From NCBI GenBank assembly GCA_046595815.1, contig JBKJSN010000093.1, forward strand, positions 1,343 through 65,342: a stretch of 64,000 bases of DNA, read 5' to 3'. This document shows positions 1 through 12,269 of this stretch, piece after piece. The translations under genes and the position numbers were made by a program. The stretch is from Mycobacteriales bacterium. Its GTDB lineage: Bacteria > Actinomycetota > Actinomycetes > Mycobacteriales > SCTD01. The notes below the pieces were generated by a model. It did not search any database and was not told the DNA's origin. It saw nothing but the letters and a program-made list of their open reading frames with translations. The stretch's first letter is position 1; each line of letters opens with the position of its first letter.

Positions 1-694
1 CGAGCAGCCCGGCCTGGACGAGCGTGAACACCACGCGGCCGGCCTCGAACAGCGTGAAGCCGCACTCCCTGGCCAGGTCGGTCAGGCTGCGGATGCCGTC
101 GACGCGCGACAGCAGCGACCACGCGTCGGCGTCGACCTCGAGCTCGCTGTCGGAGGTGCCGGCGGCGGACAGGACGGGGACGGCGTCGGGGCCGTGAACG
201 GTCTGTGCGATCTGCGCCCAGGTGGAGGCGCGAGCCTCGAGCGAGGCCAGCAGGTCCTCGACCGTGACGGGCGGGGCGACGTCCTCGCGCGTGCGCTCGT
301 TCACGCGGAACTTCCAGCTGCCGGCCCGCCAGGGCAGCAGGGCCGACATCGACTCGCGGAGCTGCTCGTCGACGAACGCCTCGACGACCGTCTGGTCGAC
401 GTAGCCCAGGTGGACCAGCAGCTCGCCGAGGCGCCAGCCCTGCAGCTCCGTGCGCTGAGCCTCCATCGCCTCGGCGAGGGCCTCCGGTGCCAGGTCTCCC
501 GACGACACGAGCCGGGCGCCGAGCCGGGGGCGGTTGCCCGGGACGAGCGCGGCGTACACCCGGCCGGCGCGCAGGTAGGCCTTCGCGGTCTGGCCCGCGG
601 GGTCCACGATGTGCAGGCAGCCGGTGGCATCGCCACCGGCGAGCTCGCGCAGGACGTCCGCGGGACTCCTCGAGGTCAGGTCGCCCTTGAGCAC
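1..694 (-). CDS. DUF4388 (PatA_N-like) domain protein, 3' end outside window
   Basis: Own translation from GTG at 694: MLKGDLTSRSPADVLRELAGGDATGCLHI...RLGARLVSSG...RLGELLVHLGYV...; GGAAGG RBS upstream; frame open to window edge. Confidence 0.8.
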   Translation of the reverse strand, partial: MLKGDLTSRSPADVLRELAGGDATGCLHIVDPAGQTAKAYLRAGRVYAALVPGNRPRLGARLVSSGDLAPEALAEAMEAQRTELQGWRLGELLVHLGYVDQTVVEAFVDEQLRESMSALLPWRAGSWKFRVNERTREDVAPPVTVEDLLASLEARASTWAQIAQTVHGPDAVPVLSAAGTSDSELEVDADAWSLLSRVDGIRSLTDLARECGFTLFEAGRVVFTLVQAGLL

Positions 695-743
695 GTACGA
701 CCGCCTTCCCGGATCCCTGGACGGCGCTCGCCGTGCCCGACGT

Positions 744-772
744 GCATCGGCAGGAGGGGCTCCGACGTTGAG
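744..772 (-). promoter_or_regulatory. putative sigma28/WhiG-type promoter of the DUF4388 gene
   Basis: Minus strand reads CTCAA-N16-GCCGATGC, about 50 nt before the start codon. Confidence 0.6.
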
Positions 773-857
773 CCGTACGGGTCAGCCGTGTGCGAACCGT
801 CCCGGCCGCCGCAGCTGTCTGCCACGATGGGTGCCTACCGACCACGAGGGAGCCGGC

Positions 858-1442
858 GTGAGCGTCGACAGCACCACGCCGCAGGGCAACCGCCGGATCG
901 ACCGCGTGCTGGCCGAGGACTTCCTCGACGGCCTGCGCGAGGTGCCGCTCAGCGAGCTGCGCGAGCTGCGTGGCGAGGCCGAGCAGGAGGAGGTGGACCT
1001 GTCCTACCTGCGCCGGATGGTCCAGGGCCGGCTCGACGTGCTGCGCGCCGAGCTCAACCGCCGCGACGGCACCAGCAGTGCCACCCTGGTCGACGGCCTG
1101 GCCGAGATCCTGGCCGACGAGCCCCGCAGCCCGGCCCGCGGCTCGGGCCGGCACACCACCGTCGAGCCGTCGCGCGCCGACAGCCACCGGCGCTACCTCG
1201 AGGCGCTCGTCGCCGACGTGGGGCTGTCCGACGTCGGGGCCCGCTCCACCGACGAGCTCGCGCACGCGATGCGCACGCTGTCGCAGGAGGAGGCCGGCCT
1301 GTCGGGCAAGCGGCGCGCGGTCCAGAGCGTCATGGACGCGTGCAGCGCCGAGGTCACCCGCCGCTACCGCGACGGCGAGGCCGACGCCGCGACGCTGCTC
1401 GCGGAGCAGCCCACGGGTGACCAGCCGACCCGAGAGCAGTGA
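858..1442 (+). CDS. rsiG: anti-sigma factor RsiG (AmfC family), twin c-di-GMP motif
   Basis: GNRRIDRVL N-terminus; two exact E-X3-S-X2-R-X3-Q-X3-D motifs (EVDLSYLRRMVQGRLD, EAGLSGKRRAVQSVMD); RRYRDGEA C-terminus. Confidence 0.9.
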   Translation: MSVDSTTPQGNRRIDRVLAEDFLDGLREVPLSELRELRGEAEQEEVDLSYLRRMVQGRLDVLRAELNRRDGTSSATLVDGLAEILADEPRSPARGSGRHTTVEPSRADSHRRYLEALVADVGLSDVGARSTDELAHAMRTLSQEEAGLSGKRRAVQSVMDACSAEVTRRYRDGEADAATLLAEQPTGDQPTREQ

Positions 1443-2389
1443 GCGCCCCGGTCCTGGTCGAGCTGGTCCGTTCGGGGGTCGTCGAGAGCGTCCACCGCGC
1501 CTCGGTCGTCGCGCTGCGCGCTGACGGGTCCGTCGCGCTGGAGCTCGGTGTCGTCGACGCGCCGGTCTTCCCCCGCTCCTCCAACAAGCCGCTGCAGGCG
1601 GTCGGCCTGCTCGACGCCGGCTGGAGCCCCGCCGACGACGAGGTGCTGGCGCTGGCGACGGCGTCGCACTCGGGGGAGCCGCGGCACCTGGAGGTCGTAC
1701 GCCGCACGCTGGTGGCCGCCGGCCTGGACGAGGGCGCGCTGCAGTGCCCCGCGCTGCTCCCGCTCGGGGAGGCGCCGGCCCACGCGCTGCTGGCGTCCGG
1801 GGGCGTGGCCAGCAGCCTGACCATGAACTGCTCCGGCAAGCACGCCGCGATGCTGGCGACCTGCGTGGCGAACGGCTGGCCGACCGGGGCCTACCTGCGC
1901 CCGGACCATCCGGTGCAGCAGGCGATGACCGCGACGATCGAGCGCCTGGCCGGCGAGCCCGTACGGCACGTCGCGGTCGACGGCTGCGGCGCCCCGCAGC
2001 ATGCGCTGACGCTGACGGGGCTGGCCCGCGCCTTCGCCGCGCTCGCGACCGGCAACGGCACCAGCGCTGCGGTGGCCGGTGCCATGCGGGCCCACCCCGG
2101 GCTGGTCGGCGGCACGGGCCGTGACGTCACCGACCTGATCGCCGGCGTACCCGGCCTGGTCTGCAAGGACGGCGCCGAGGGCGTGTACGCCGCAGCGCTG
2201 CCGGGGGGCGCGGCCGTCGCGGTCAAGGTCGACGACGGGGCCACCCGCGCCGCCGTCCTGGTCCTGGTCGGTGGTCTGCGGGCGCTGGGCGTGCAGGCCG
2301 AGGTGCTCGACCGGCTCGCCAGCGCGCCTGTGCTGGGCGGCGGCGTGCCCGTCGGAGAGCTCCGGTTGGCCGGACCGCTCGCCCCCTGA
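1439..2389 (+). CDS. L-asparaginase II family protein
   Basis: RSGVVESVH, FPRSSNKPLQA, SHSGE, NCSGKHA, VDGCGAP, KDGAEG motifs; GTGA overlap with rsiG. Confidence 0.9.
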   Translation: MSAPVLVELVRSGVVESVHRASVVALRADGSVALELGVVDAPVFPRSSNKPLQAVGLLDAGWSPADDEVLALATASHSGEPRHLEVVRRTLVAAGLDEGALQCPALLPLGEAPAHALLASGGVASSLTMNCSGKHAAMLATCVANGWPTGAYLRPDHPVQQAMTATIERLAGEPVRHVAVDGCGAPQHALTLTGLARAFAALATGNGTSAAVAGAMRAHPGLVGGTGRDVTDLIAGVPGLVCKDGAEGVYAAALPGGAAVAVKVDDGATRAAVLVLVGGLRALGVQAEVLDRLASAPVLGGGVPVGELRLAGPLAP

Positions 2390-2415
2390 ACCGCCGCAGC
2401 CCTGGCACCGGTCGC

Positions 2416-5301
<2,886 letters not shown>

Positions 5302-5646
5302 GCTCTGTCCTCTGCTCGTCGGTCCAGGACGCGGACCGGTCAGGCACGGTCAGCCACAGGCTGCTGGTGTCACACGATAAGCGGCTCCCGGGGCCCGGCC
5401 CGCCGAGATCACCAGAGCGTGTGAGGACGTCGACGCCGTGGCGTCCCGCCCGCATCCACGACGCCGAGATCGCCCTAGCAGCAGGCATGTACACGTCCGG
5501 AGAGGGCGCCGGGCGTCCAGGGCACCGGTCGTGGGCACGCCCGCGAGACGCTCGGCTGCACCCCGGGCCGAGGTGGCGGGCTGCGGGGCGCAGGGCGACG
5601 CGAGGGTCGGTCTCCGGCCGGTCCTGTGAGCAGCCTCACCGCGCTG

Positions 5647-5690
5647 CGCTAGCAGAAGTGCTTGCAACTGCTAGCACCCGGGGCTAACGT
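5647..5690 (+). promoter_or_regulatory. sigmaA-type promoter overlapped by a putative XRE operator
   Basis: TTGCAA(5662-5667)-N17-TAACGT(5685-5690); inverted repeat GCTAGCAG(5648-5655)/CTGCTAGC(5668-5675); three TGCTAGCA-like units. Confidence 0.65.
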
Positions 5691-5731
5691 CCTCGTCAGC
5701 AAGCCCCACCATCGACGGACAGGAGCCCAGG

Positions 5732-6211
5732 ATGCCGACCATCGACGTTCGCCACCTGGGGGACTACATCCGCGAGCAGCGCGGTGCCAGCGACATCTCG
5801 CTGCGCCAGCTGGCCAAGCTCGCGGGGGTCAGCAACCCCTACCTCAGCCAGATCGAGCGGGGGCTTCGCAAGCCCAGCGCCGAGATCCTGCAGCAGATCG
5901 CCAAGGCCCTGCGCATCTCCGCGGAGGCGCTGTACGTGCAGGCCGGCATCCTCGAGCAGCGGCACGGCAGCGGCCTGGTGGCCGACGCCGTGCTCGCCGA
6001 CGAGGCGCTGAACGAGCGGCAGAAGCAGGTGCTGCTCGAGATCTACGAGAGCTTCCGCAAGGAGAACGCCGCTGCGTCAGCGGCGCCGGCGGCTGCGGCA
6101 GCCAAGCCCGCACCGCGCCCCCGCCGTCGCAGCAGCGCGGCGCCCACGGCGCCTCCCACGGCGGCAACGCCGCCGCAGGACCCGGCCGCCACGGCCACCA
6201 CGACTGCCTGA
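5732..6211 (+). CDS. XRE-family HTH regulator (Rv0474-like)
   Basis: LGDYIREQR...SLRQLAKLAGVSNPYLSQIERGLRKPSAEILQQIAKALRISAE; AGGAG RBS; synteny with hbhA-like and DUF2516 genes. Confidence 0.9.
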   Translation: MPTIDVRHLGDYIREQRGASDISLRQLAKLAGVSNPYLSQIERGLRKPSAEILQQIAKALRISAEALYVQAGILEQRHGSGLVADAVLADEALNERQKQVLLEIYESFRKENAAASAAPAAAAAKPAPRPRRRSSAAPTAPPTAATPPQDPAATATTTA

Positions 6212-6266
6212 TCCCGCACGACCACCCCCGAACCTTCCCGCACGACCGATGCCCAGGAGGCACCAC

Positions 6267-6767
6267 ATGACCACCGCCACCGCCCCGAAGTCCGCCCCCA
6301 AGGTCAAGGTCGACGTCGACAAGACCGGTGACAAGGTCACCGGACGCTTCACGGTCAAGAACCTCCCGACCTTCGACGTCACCGAGGCCACCAAGCCGCT
6401 GTTCGCCGTCGTCGGCGTCGCGGACCTCGCGATCGCGCAGGTCAAGGAGGTCCCGAGCCTGTACGTCGCCGAGGCCAAGAAGGTCAGCACCCGCATCAGC
6501 GAGGTCCCGTCCGCCGTCAAGACCCTCCCGACCTCGATCAGGACCTCCCTCGACGAGGCGACCGAGAAGGCGACCGACCTCTACGCGAAGCTGGCTGTCC
6601 GCGGCGAGCGCCTCGTCACCCAGATCCGTCGCCAGCCCTCCACCCAGGCCGCCATCGCCGAGGGCAAGGAGGCCGTGAAGAAGGCCGAGGCCGCAGCGGT
6701 CGCCGCCAAGAAGTCCGTCAAGGCCGGCGAGCGGGCCGTCGAGGGCGCTGCCTCCAAGCTCGGCTAG
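6267..6767 (+). CDS. HbhA/TadA-like (heparin-binding haemagglutinin / lipid-droplet) protein
   Basis: KPLFAVVGVADLA and YAKLAVRGERLV segments; AGGAGG RBS; XRE-hbhA-DUF2516 gene order. Confidence 0.65.
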   Translation: MTTATAPKSAPKVKVDVDKTGDKVTGRFTVKNLPTFDVTEATKPLFAVVGVADLAIAQVKEVPSLYVAEAKKVSTRISEVPSAVKTLPTSIRTSLDEATEKATDLYAKLAVRGERLVTQIRRQPSTQAAIAEGKEAVKKAEAAAVAAKKSVKAGERAVEGAASKLG

Positions 6768-6805
6768 ACCTGTCCCACCCGCACGACCCGTACGACGCAG
6801 CGCGT

Positions 6806-6841
6806 CGCGACCCCCGGTGCCCTCGTGGCCCGGGGGTCGCG
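6806..6841 (+). terminator. GC-rich hairpin after hbhA-like gene
   Basis: CGCGACCCCCGG / CCGGGGGTCGCG perfect 12-bp stem; no U-tract. Confidence 0.55.
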
Positions 6842-6881
6842 CGCGTCGGCGGGGGTCCGCCCCAGGGGGCACAATGAGCGG

Positions 6882-7178
6882 GTGGCGGACCCCTCGAACC
6901 TGCTGTTGCTCGTGCTCGGCGTGGCCGCCTTCGGCCTGAAGCTGTACGCCCTCGTCGACGCCTGCGTCCGGCCGACGGCCGCGTTCCCGGCAGCCGGCAA
7001 GCTGAGCAAGATCGCGTGGGTGGCGATCCTCGCGGCTGCGGTCCTGCTGGGCGGGTTCAGGCTGCTCGACCTGTTCGGGCTGGTCGGGATCGTCGCGGCC
7101 ATCGTCTACCTCGTCGACGTGCGCCCGGCGGTCAGGGAGCTGCGCGGCGGAGGCGGCAGCCCGGGGCAGTGGCGCTGA
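6882..7178 (+). CDS. DUF2516 family membrane protein
   Basis: ALVDACVRP..AFPAAGKLSK..W; YLVDVRPAVRE; CACAAT -10 just upstream (likely leaderless). Confidence 0.85.
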   Translation: MADPSNLLLLVLGVAAFGLKLYALVDACVRPTAAFPAAGKLSKIAWVAILAAAVLLGGFRLLDLFGLVGIVAAIVYLVDVRPAVRELRGGGGSPGQWR

Positions 7179-7190
7179 CCTGACCGGTGG

Positions 7191-7424
7191 TCACCCGCGT
7201 GGCTGCAGGACCGGGTCGTCCCCGGCGGGCTCCTGCCCGACGTGGATCAGCACCAGCGCGAGCTCGTCGTTGCCGGGGAGCTCGGCGGTCTCGCCGTTGG
7301 CCTCGTAGACGTCGACCAGCCCGGGTGCGTCACTGGTCGCGAGCAGCCGCCGGACCCCGTCCTGCACGCGCGTCGACTCCCCGTCGCGACTCCCGCCCCG
7401 CAAGACCACCAGCTCCTCGGACAT
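7191..7424 (-). CDS. small acidic hypothetical protein (77 aa)
   Basis: ATG start, GC3-rich codons, fills the gap between DUF2516 and the ssgA-family gene; VVLRGGSRDG motif. Confidence 0.6.
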   Translation of the reverse strand: MSEELVVLRGGSRDGESTRVQDGVRRLLATSDAPGLVDVYEANGETAELPGNDELALVLIHVGQEPAGDDPVLQPRG

Positions 7425-7529
7425 GCACGGGGGGTTCCCCTGCGGCGGGAACGTCGAAACGGCTCAGGCGGATCCGTCCGGGGCTGTCCTGTTCTGTGCC
7501 TCGGTTCAGCGGGTGAGTGCCCGGCACGC

Positions 7530-7557
7530 CGTACCGAACGGTCCCGGCCGTCGTTTC
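7530..7557 (+). promoter_or_regulatory. putative sigma-BldN-type promoter of the ssgA-family gene
   Basis: CGTACC-N16-CGTTTC, 37 nt before ATG. Confidence 0.45.
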
Positions 7558-7594
7558 AGCAGGTGTCGCGCCCGCACCCGTCGAAGGATCCGAC

Positions 7595-8023
7595 ATGAGC
7601 AGCATCGCCACCGTCCACGCCGAGCTCGAGCTCCGGCTGGTCGTGCCCGGCGGTCCGTCGCTGCCCGTCCTGGCGGACCTGCGCTACCTGGCGGCCGATC
7701 CGTGGGCGGTGCGCGTGGCCTTCCAGGTCGGCACCGGGCAGGACGACGACGGCGTCGTGGAGTGGATGTTCGCCCGCCAGCTGCTGACCGAGGGCATCGC
7801 CGGCACCGTCGGCGAGGGGGACGTCCACGTCTGGCCGTCGACCACCCACGGCGACCACGTCGTCAACCTGGCGATGGCCTCCCCGTCCGGCTCCGCGCTG
7901 TTCGAGATCGACCGCGATGCGCTCGTGGAGTTCCTGCAGCAGACCTACCTCGTCGTACCGACCGGCGCCGAGGAGACCGTCGTGGACCTCGACGCCGAGC
8001 TGGCCCTGCTCCTCGGGGCCTGA
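7595..8023 (+). CDS. SsgA family sporulation/cell division protein (SsgB-like)
   Basis: LRLVVP...LRY..ADPWAV..F...VEWMFARQLL.EG...GEGDV.VWP...SPSG.ALFE...FL..TY..VP.G.E. Confidence 0.9.
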   Translation: MSSIATVHAELELRLVVPGGPSLPVLADLRYLAADPWAVRVAFQVGTGQDDDGVVEWMFARQLLTEGIAGTVGEGDVHVWPSTTHGDHVVNLAMASPSGSALFEIDRDALVEFLQQTYLVVPTGAEETVVDLDAELALLLGA

Positions 8024-8054
8024 CGGCCGGCGCGACCCAGGCCCCGTCCTGCGC

Positions 8055-8870
8055 TCAGCGGGCGGCGGTACCCGTGGCCGGTGAGACCGACGCCCAGGGC
8101 ACGGTGAGCTCGCCGAGCCGGTGGCGCACCGGCCCGGCCTGCGGCCAGGCCAGGGACGCGCAGGCCGCCACCCACCGCTGCCGCGGGCCGAAGCTCGCGT
8201 ACGCCGCGGAGCGGTCCCACGCCCCGTCGAGCGCGGCAAGCAGCGCGTGCACCGGCTCGCCCTCGACGTTGTGGTGGATCAGCGCCTTGGGCAGCCGCTC
8301 GGCCAGGTCGGACGGTCGCAGCAGCGTCGGCAGGTGCGCGGCGAGCGTCAGCGTCTGCGGGCCGGTCGCGTCCAGGGTGATCCAGGCAGCGCGCCGCCCG
8401 ATCTCGTCGCAGGTGCCCTCGACCAGCAGCCCGCCGGGGGCGAGCCCGGCCTGCAACCCGCGCCACGCCTCGAGCGCGGGCCCCTCGTCGTACTGCCGCA
8501 GGACGTTCAGCGCGCGGACCACCAGCGGTCGCAGGCCCGCCAGCTCGAAGCCGCCCCGCCGGAAGGCCAGGCCCGGGACCGCGGCGGTCTGCGCAGCCTC
8601 GACCCGCTCCGGGTCGATCTCCAGGCCGACGACCTGGGCGTCAGCCCGTACGCCGCGCACCCGGGCGAACAGCTCGACGGTGGTGACCGGGGAGGCGCCG
8701 TAGCCCAGGTCGACGACCAGCGGTGGCTGCTCGGCGGACCGCAGCAGCCCGCCGTGCACCCCGGTCAGCCAGCGGTCGACCCGCCGCAGCCGCTGGGGGG
8801 CGGTGGTGCCGCGGGTCGCGAGGCCCAGCGCCCGGGCGCGGCCCGCGGCGTACCGCTTGGGCGTGGCCAC
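8055..8870 (-). CDS. class I SAM-dependent methyltransferase-like protein
   Basis: TRGTT..RLRRVDRW, VDLGYGASP, GLEIDP, NVLRQYDE, EGTCDEIGR, LPKALIH; start uncertain. Confidence 0.75.
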   Translation of the reverse strand: MATPKRYAAGRARALGLATRGTTAPQRLRRVDRWLTGVHGGLLRSAEQPPLVVDLGYGASPVTTVELFARVRGVRADAQVVGLEIDPERVEAAQTAAVPGLAFRRGGFELAGLRPLVVRALNVLRQYDEGPALEAWRGLQAGLAPGGLLVEGTCDEIGRRAAWITLDATGPQTLTLAAHLPTLLRPSDLAERLPKALIHHNVEGEPVHALLAALDGAWDRSAAYASFGPRQRWVAACASLAWPQAGPVRHRLGELTVPWASVSPATGTAAR

Positions 8871-8909
8871 CCGCTGGAGTCTGCCTGCTCACCGCCCCGT
8901 CCACGTGAG

Positions 8910-9647
8910 TCAGGGGCGGCGGACGACCTTGTGCGCGCCGGCCTGCTGCTGGGGGGTGAGCTGCACGATGTCGATGTTCACGTGGGCCGGGCGGGTGGCG
9001 ACCCAGACGATGGCGTCGGCGACGTCCTCGGCGGTCAGCGCGTCGACCCCGGCGTACACCGCGGCGGCCCGCTCGGCGTCGCCGGCGAAGCGGACCGTCC
9101 CGAACTCCTCGGTCGCCACCATGCCGGGCGCGACCTCCGACACCCGCACACCGCTCTCGACCAGCTCCAGGCGCAGGGTGTCTCGCAGGGCGGCGATGGC
9201 GTGCTTGGCCGCGACGTAGCCGCCGCCGCCCTCGTACACCCAGCGCCCGGCGGTCGAGCCGGTCAGCACGACCTGGCCGCGGGCGACCTGCAGCGCCGGG
9301 AGCAGCGCCTGCACCGTGCGCACCGTCCCGAGGACGTTGACGTCGTACGTCCGCGCCCAGGTGTCGACGTCGGCGTCGGCCAGCGGGGCGAGGTCGAAGG
9401 CGCCGCCGGCGTTCGCGACCAGCAGGTCCACGACCGGAGCGGCGTCGGCGAGCGCGGCGACCGAGCGCGGGTCGGTGACATCCAGCGCGCACGGGCGGAT
9501 CGACGGGTGCTCGGCCGCCAGCTCGTCGAGGCGGTCCAGGCGGCGGGCGGCGGCGACGACGGCCCAGCCCTCGGCCGCCAGGCGGCGGGCGGTGGCCGCC
9601 CCGATCCCGCTGGAGGCCCCGGTCACGACGGCGGTGCGTTGGCTCAT
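8910..9647 (-). CDS. SDR family oxidoreductase
   Basis: [13 protein letters not shown] catalytic motif. Confidence 0.9.
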   Translation of the reverse strand: MSQRTAVVTGASSGIGAATARRLAAEGWAVVAAARRLDRLDELAAEHPSIRPCALDVTDPRSVAALADAAPVVDLLVANAGGAFDLAPLADADVDTWARTYDVNVLGTVRTVQALLPALQVARGQVVLTGSTAGRWVYEGGGGYVAAKHAIAALRDTLRLELVESGVRVSEVAPGMVATEEFGTVRFAGDAERAAAVYAGVDALTAEDVADAIVWVATRPAHVNIDIVQLTPQQQAGAHKVVRRP

Positions 9648-9738
9648 GGGACCCAGTCAACCCCCGGGAAGCGCGGGCCACCGGGCGGGGTTGGGTCCGG
9701 TCAGGGCAGACTCCTGCCGGAAGAGGAGGGTGCGATCC

Positions 9739-11010
9739 ATGAGCTCGAACGCATCGGTCACCAGCGTCCACCCGCGGCGGGTGGCGGTCCTGTCGGTCCA
9801 CACCTCGCCGCTGGAGCAGCCCGGCACCGGTGACGCCGGCGGCATGAACGTCTACGTCGTCGAGACCTCCAAGCGCCTGGCCGCCCTCGGGGTCGAGGTC
9901 GAGATCTTCACGCGGGCGACCTCCAGCGAGCTGCCGCCGGTCGTCGAGCTCGCTGCCGGCGTCACCGTCCGGCACCTGACGGCGGGGCCGTTCGAGGGGC
10001 TGAGCAAGGAGGACCTGCCGGCCCAGCTCTGCGCGCTGACCTCCGGGGTGCTGCGGGCCGAGGCCGCGCACGACCCGGGCTGGTACGACGTCGTGCACTC
10101 CCACTACTGGCTCTCGGGCCAGGTCGGCTGGCTGGCCACGGAGCGCTGGGACGTGCCGCTGGTCCACTCCGCCCACACTCTTGCGAAGGTCAAGAACCTC
10201 GCGCTGGCCGAGGGCGACACCCCCGAGCCGCTGCGTCGGGTGGTGGGTGAGCAGCAGGTGGTGGATGCGGCCGACCGGCTGGTGGCCAACACCGCGCAGG
10301 AGGCCCGCGACCTGGTGCAGCTCTACGGCGCGCAGGCCGAGCGGGTCGTCACGGTCGCGCCAGGCGTGGACCTCGAGCACTTCCGTCCCGGCGAGGCCTC
10401 CGGTGCCCGCACCCGCCTGGGCGTCCCGCCTGATGCTGTCCTGTTGCTGTTCGTCGGGCGCCTGCAGCCGCTGAAGGCGCCCGACGTCCTGCTCCGCGCC
10501 GCCCAGCGGCTCATCGAGCAGGACCCCTCCCTCCGCGATCGCGTGGTCGTTGCCGTCGTCGGGGGGCCCAGTGGCTCCGGGTGCGCCCACCCCGAGTACC
10601 TCACGGACCTCGCTGCCTCGCTGGATGTGGCCGTCCGCTTCGAGCCGCCGGCAGCGCCGGACCGGCTCCGCGACTGGTATGTCGCCGCCGACCTCGTCGC
10701 CGTCCCCTCGCACAACGAGTCCTTCGGCCTGGTCGCGCTGGAGGCGCAGGCGTGTGGCACCCCCGTGGTCGCGACCCGGGTCGGGGGCCTCACCACCACC
10801 GTCCGGGACGGCGTGAGCGGGCTGCTCGTGCACGGCCACGGCACCGACGCGTGGGCCGCAGCGCTCCGGCGCGGTCTGCAGGAGCGGTCGCTGCTCGCGA
10901 TCGAGGCTCCGGCGCACGCGGCCGGCTTCTCCTGGGACCGCACCGCGGCCGGGCTGCTCACGGCGTACCGCGAGGCCCTTGCCCCTGCTCGCGTGGCCAT
11001 CGGGACATGA
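9739..11010 (+). CDS. mshA: D-inositol-3-phosphate glycosyltransferase
   Basis: [47 protein letters not shown]; followed by ybjN and gpmA. Confidence 0.95.
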   Translation: MSSNASVTSVHPRRVAVLSVHTSPLEQPGTGDAGGMNVYVVETSKRLAALGVEVEIFTRATSSELPPVVELAAGVTVRHLTAGPFEGLSKEDLPAQLCALTSGVLRAEAAHDPGWYDVVHSHYWLSGQVGWLATERWDVPLVHSAHTLAKVKNLALAEGDTPEPLRRVVGEQQVVDAADRLVANTAQEARDLVQLYGAQAERVVTVAPGVDLEHFRPGEASGARTRLGVPPDAVLLLFVGRLQPLKAPDVLLRAAQRLIEQDPSLRDRVVVAVVGGPSGSGCAHPEYLTDLAASLDVAVRFEPPAAPDRLRDWYVAADLVAVPSHNESFGLVALEAQACGTPVVATRVGGLTTTVRDGVSGLLVHGHGTDAWAAALRRGLQERSLLAIEAPAHAAGFSWDRTAAGLLTAYREALAPARVAIGT

Positions 11011-11492
11011 GTGCTGCCGGCGAGGTCATCCGGTCCGTGCTCGAGGAGTCCGAGCTGGACTTCGCCGAGCCGCACCCGGAGCAGTTCTTCGTCAAGCTGC
11101 CCGGCACGAACAAGCTCTTCACCAACTGCTGGCTCGTCGTCGGGCAGCACGGGCTGCTCGTCGAGGCCTTCGTGTGCCGCAAGCCGGATGAGAACCACGA
11201 CGAGTTCCACTCCTGGCTGCTGCGCCGCAACAGCAAGACCTTCGCCGTCTCCTTCGCGATCGACTCCTCCGGCGACGTCTACCTCGTCGGTCGGCTGCCG
11301 CTGTCCTGCGTCACCGTCGAGGACGTCGACCGGCTGCTCGGGGCGGTGCTGGAGTACTCCGATGAGTCCTTCAACACGCTCTTGGAGATCGGCTTCGCGA
11401 CGTCGATCAAGAAGGAATGGGCCTGGCGCCTCAAGCGAGGCGAGTCGACGGCGAACCTCCAGGCGTTCGCCCGGTTCGCCTCTGCTGATTAG
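11007..11492 (+). CDS. YbjN domain protein
   Basis: [44 protein letters not shown] overlap with mshA. Confidence 0.85.
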   Translation: MSAAGEVIRSVLEESELDFAEPHPEQFFVKLPGTNKLFTNCWLVVGQHGLLVEAFVCRKPDENHDEFHSWLLRRNSKTFAVSFAIDSSGDVYLVGRLPLSCVTVEDVDRLLGAVLEYSDESFNTLLEIGFATSIKKEWAWRLKRGESTANLQAFARFASAD

Positions 11493-11502
11493 ATCTCCTT
11501 CC

Positions 11503-12246
11503 ATGGCAACCCTTGTGCTGCTCCGTCACGGCGAGAGCGCGTGGAACTCCAAGAACCTGTTCACCGGCTGGGTCGACGTCGACCTCACGCCGCTGGGCGA
11601 GGACCAGGCGCGCTCGGGCGGTCGGCTGCTGCGTGAGACGGGGCTGTTGCCCACGGTCGTGCACACCTCGCTGCTGACCCGCGCGATCCGCACCTCGACG
11701 CTCGCTCTCGAGGAGTGCCGGCGCTCGTGGATCCCGGTGCGTCGCCACTGGCGCCTCAACGAGCGGCACTACGGCGCCCTCCAGGGCAAGGACAAGAAGC
11801 AGACCCTGGAGACCTACGGCGAGGAGCAGTTCAAGCTCTGGCGCCGGTCGTACGACGTTCCGCCCCCGCCGATCGAGGCCGGCTCGGAGTGGGACAACTC
11901 CTCCGACGTCCGCTATGCCCGGCTCGCTCCGGGTCTCGTCCCGCTGACGGAGTGCCTGTCCGACGTGGTCGACCGCATGCTGCCCTACTGGTACGACGCG
12001 ATCGTCCCCGACCTTCGGGCCGACGAGACCGTGCTGGTGGCGGCACACGGCAACTCGCTGCGCGCCCTCGTCATGCACCTCGACGGCCTGTCCCGCGAGC
12101 AGGTCGTCGACCTGAACATCCCGACGGGTCAACCGCTGCGCTACGACCTCGACGCCCAGTTGCGCCCCGTCGTACCCGGTGGGGAGTACCTCGACCCGGA
12201 GGCTGCTGCTGCCGCCGCTGCCGCCGTGGCGAACCAGGGTCGCTGA
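11503..12246 (+). CDS. gpmA: 2,3-bisphosphoglycerate-dependent phosphoglycerate mutase
   Basis: [46 protein letters not shown]. Confidence 0.95.
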   Translation: MATLVLLRHGESAWNSKNLFTGWVDVDLTPLGEDQARSGGRLLRETGLLPTVVHTSLLTRAIRTSTLALEECRRSWIPVRRHWRLNERHYGALQGKDKKQTLETYGEEQFKLWRRSYDVPPPPIEAGSEWDNSSDVRYARLAPGLVPLTECLSDVVDRMLPYWYDAIVPDLRADETVLVAAHGNSLRALVMHLDGLSREQVVDLNIPTGQPLRYDLDAQLRPVVPGGEYLDPEAAAAAAAAVANQGR

Positions 12247-12269
12247 CCGTCGCCCGTAGCCTGGACGAC

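Noticed and set aside
194..1420. 408-aa plus-strand ORF
   Set aside because: Overlaps the DUF4388 gene (antisense) and rsiG (off-frame); low-complexity Arg/Pro/Gly composition.
5302..5640. ORFs or ncRNA in the long intergenic region, including two CGCCGAGATC copies
   Set aside because: The ORFs lack coding-like composition, and the GCCGAGAT copies have no matching -35 at the 16-nt spacing.
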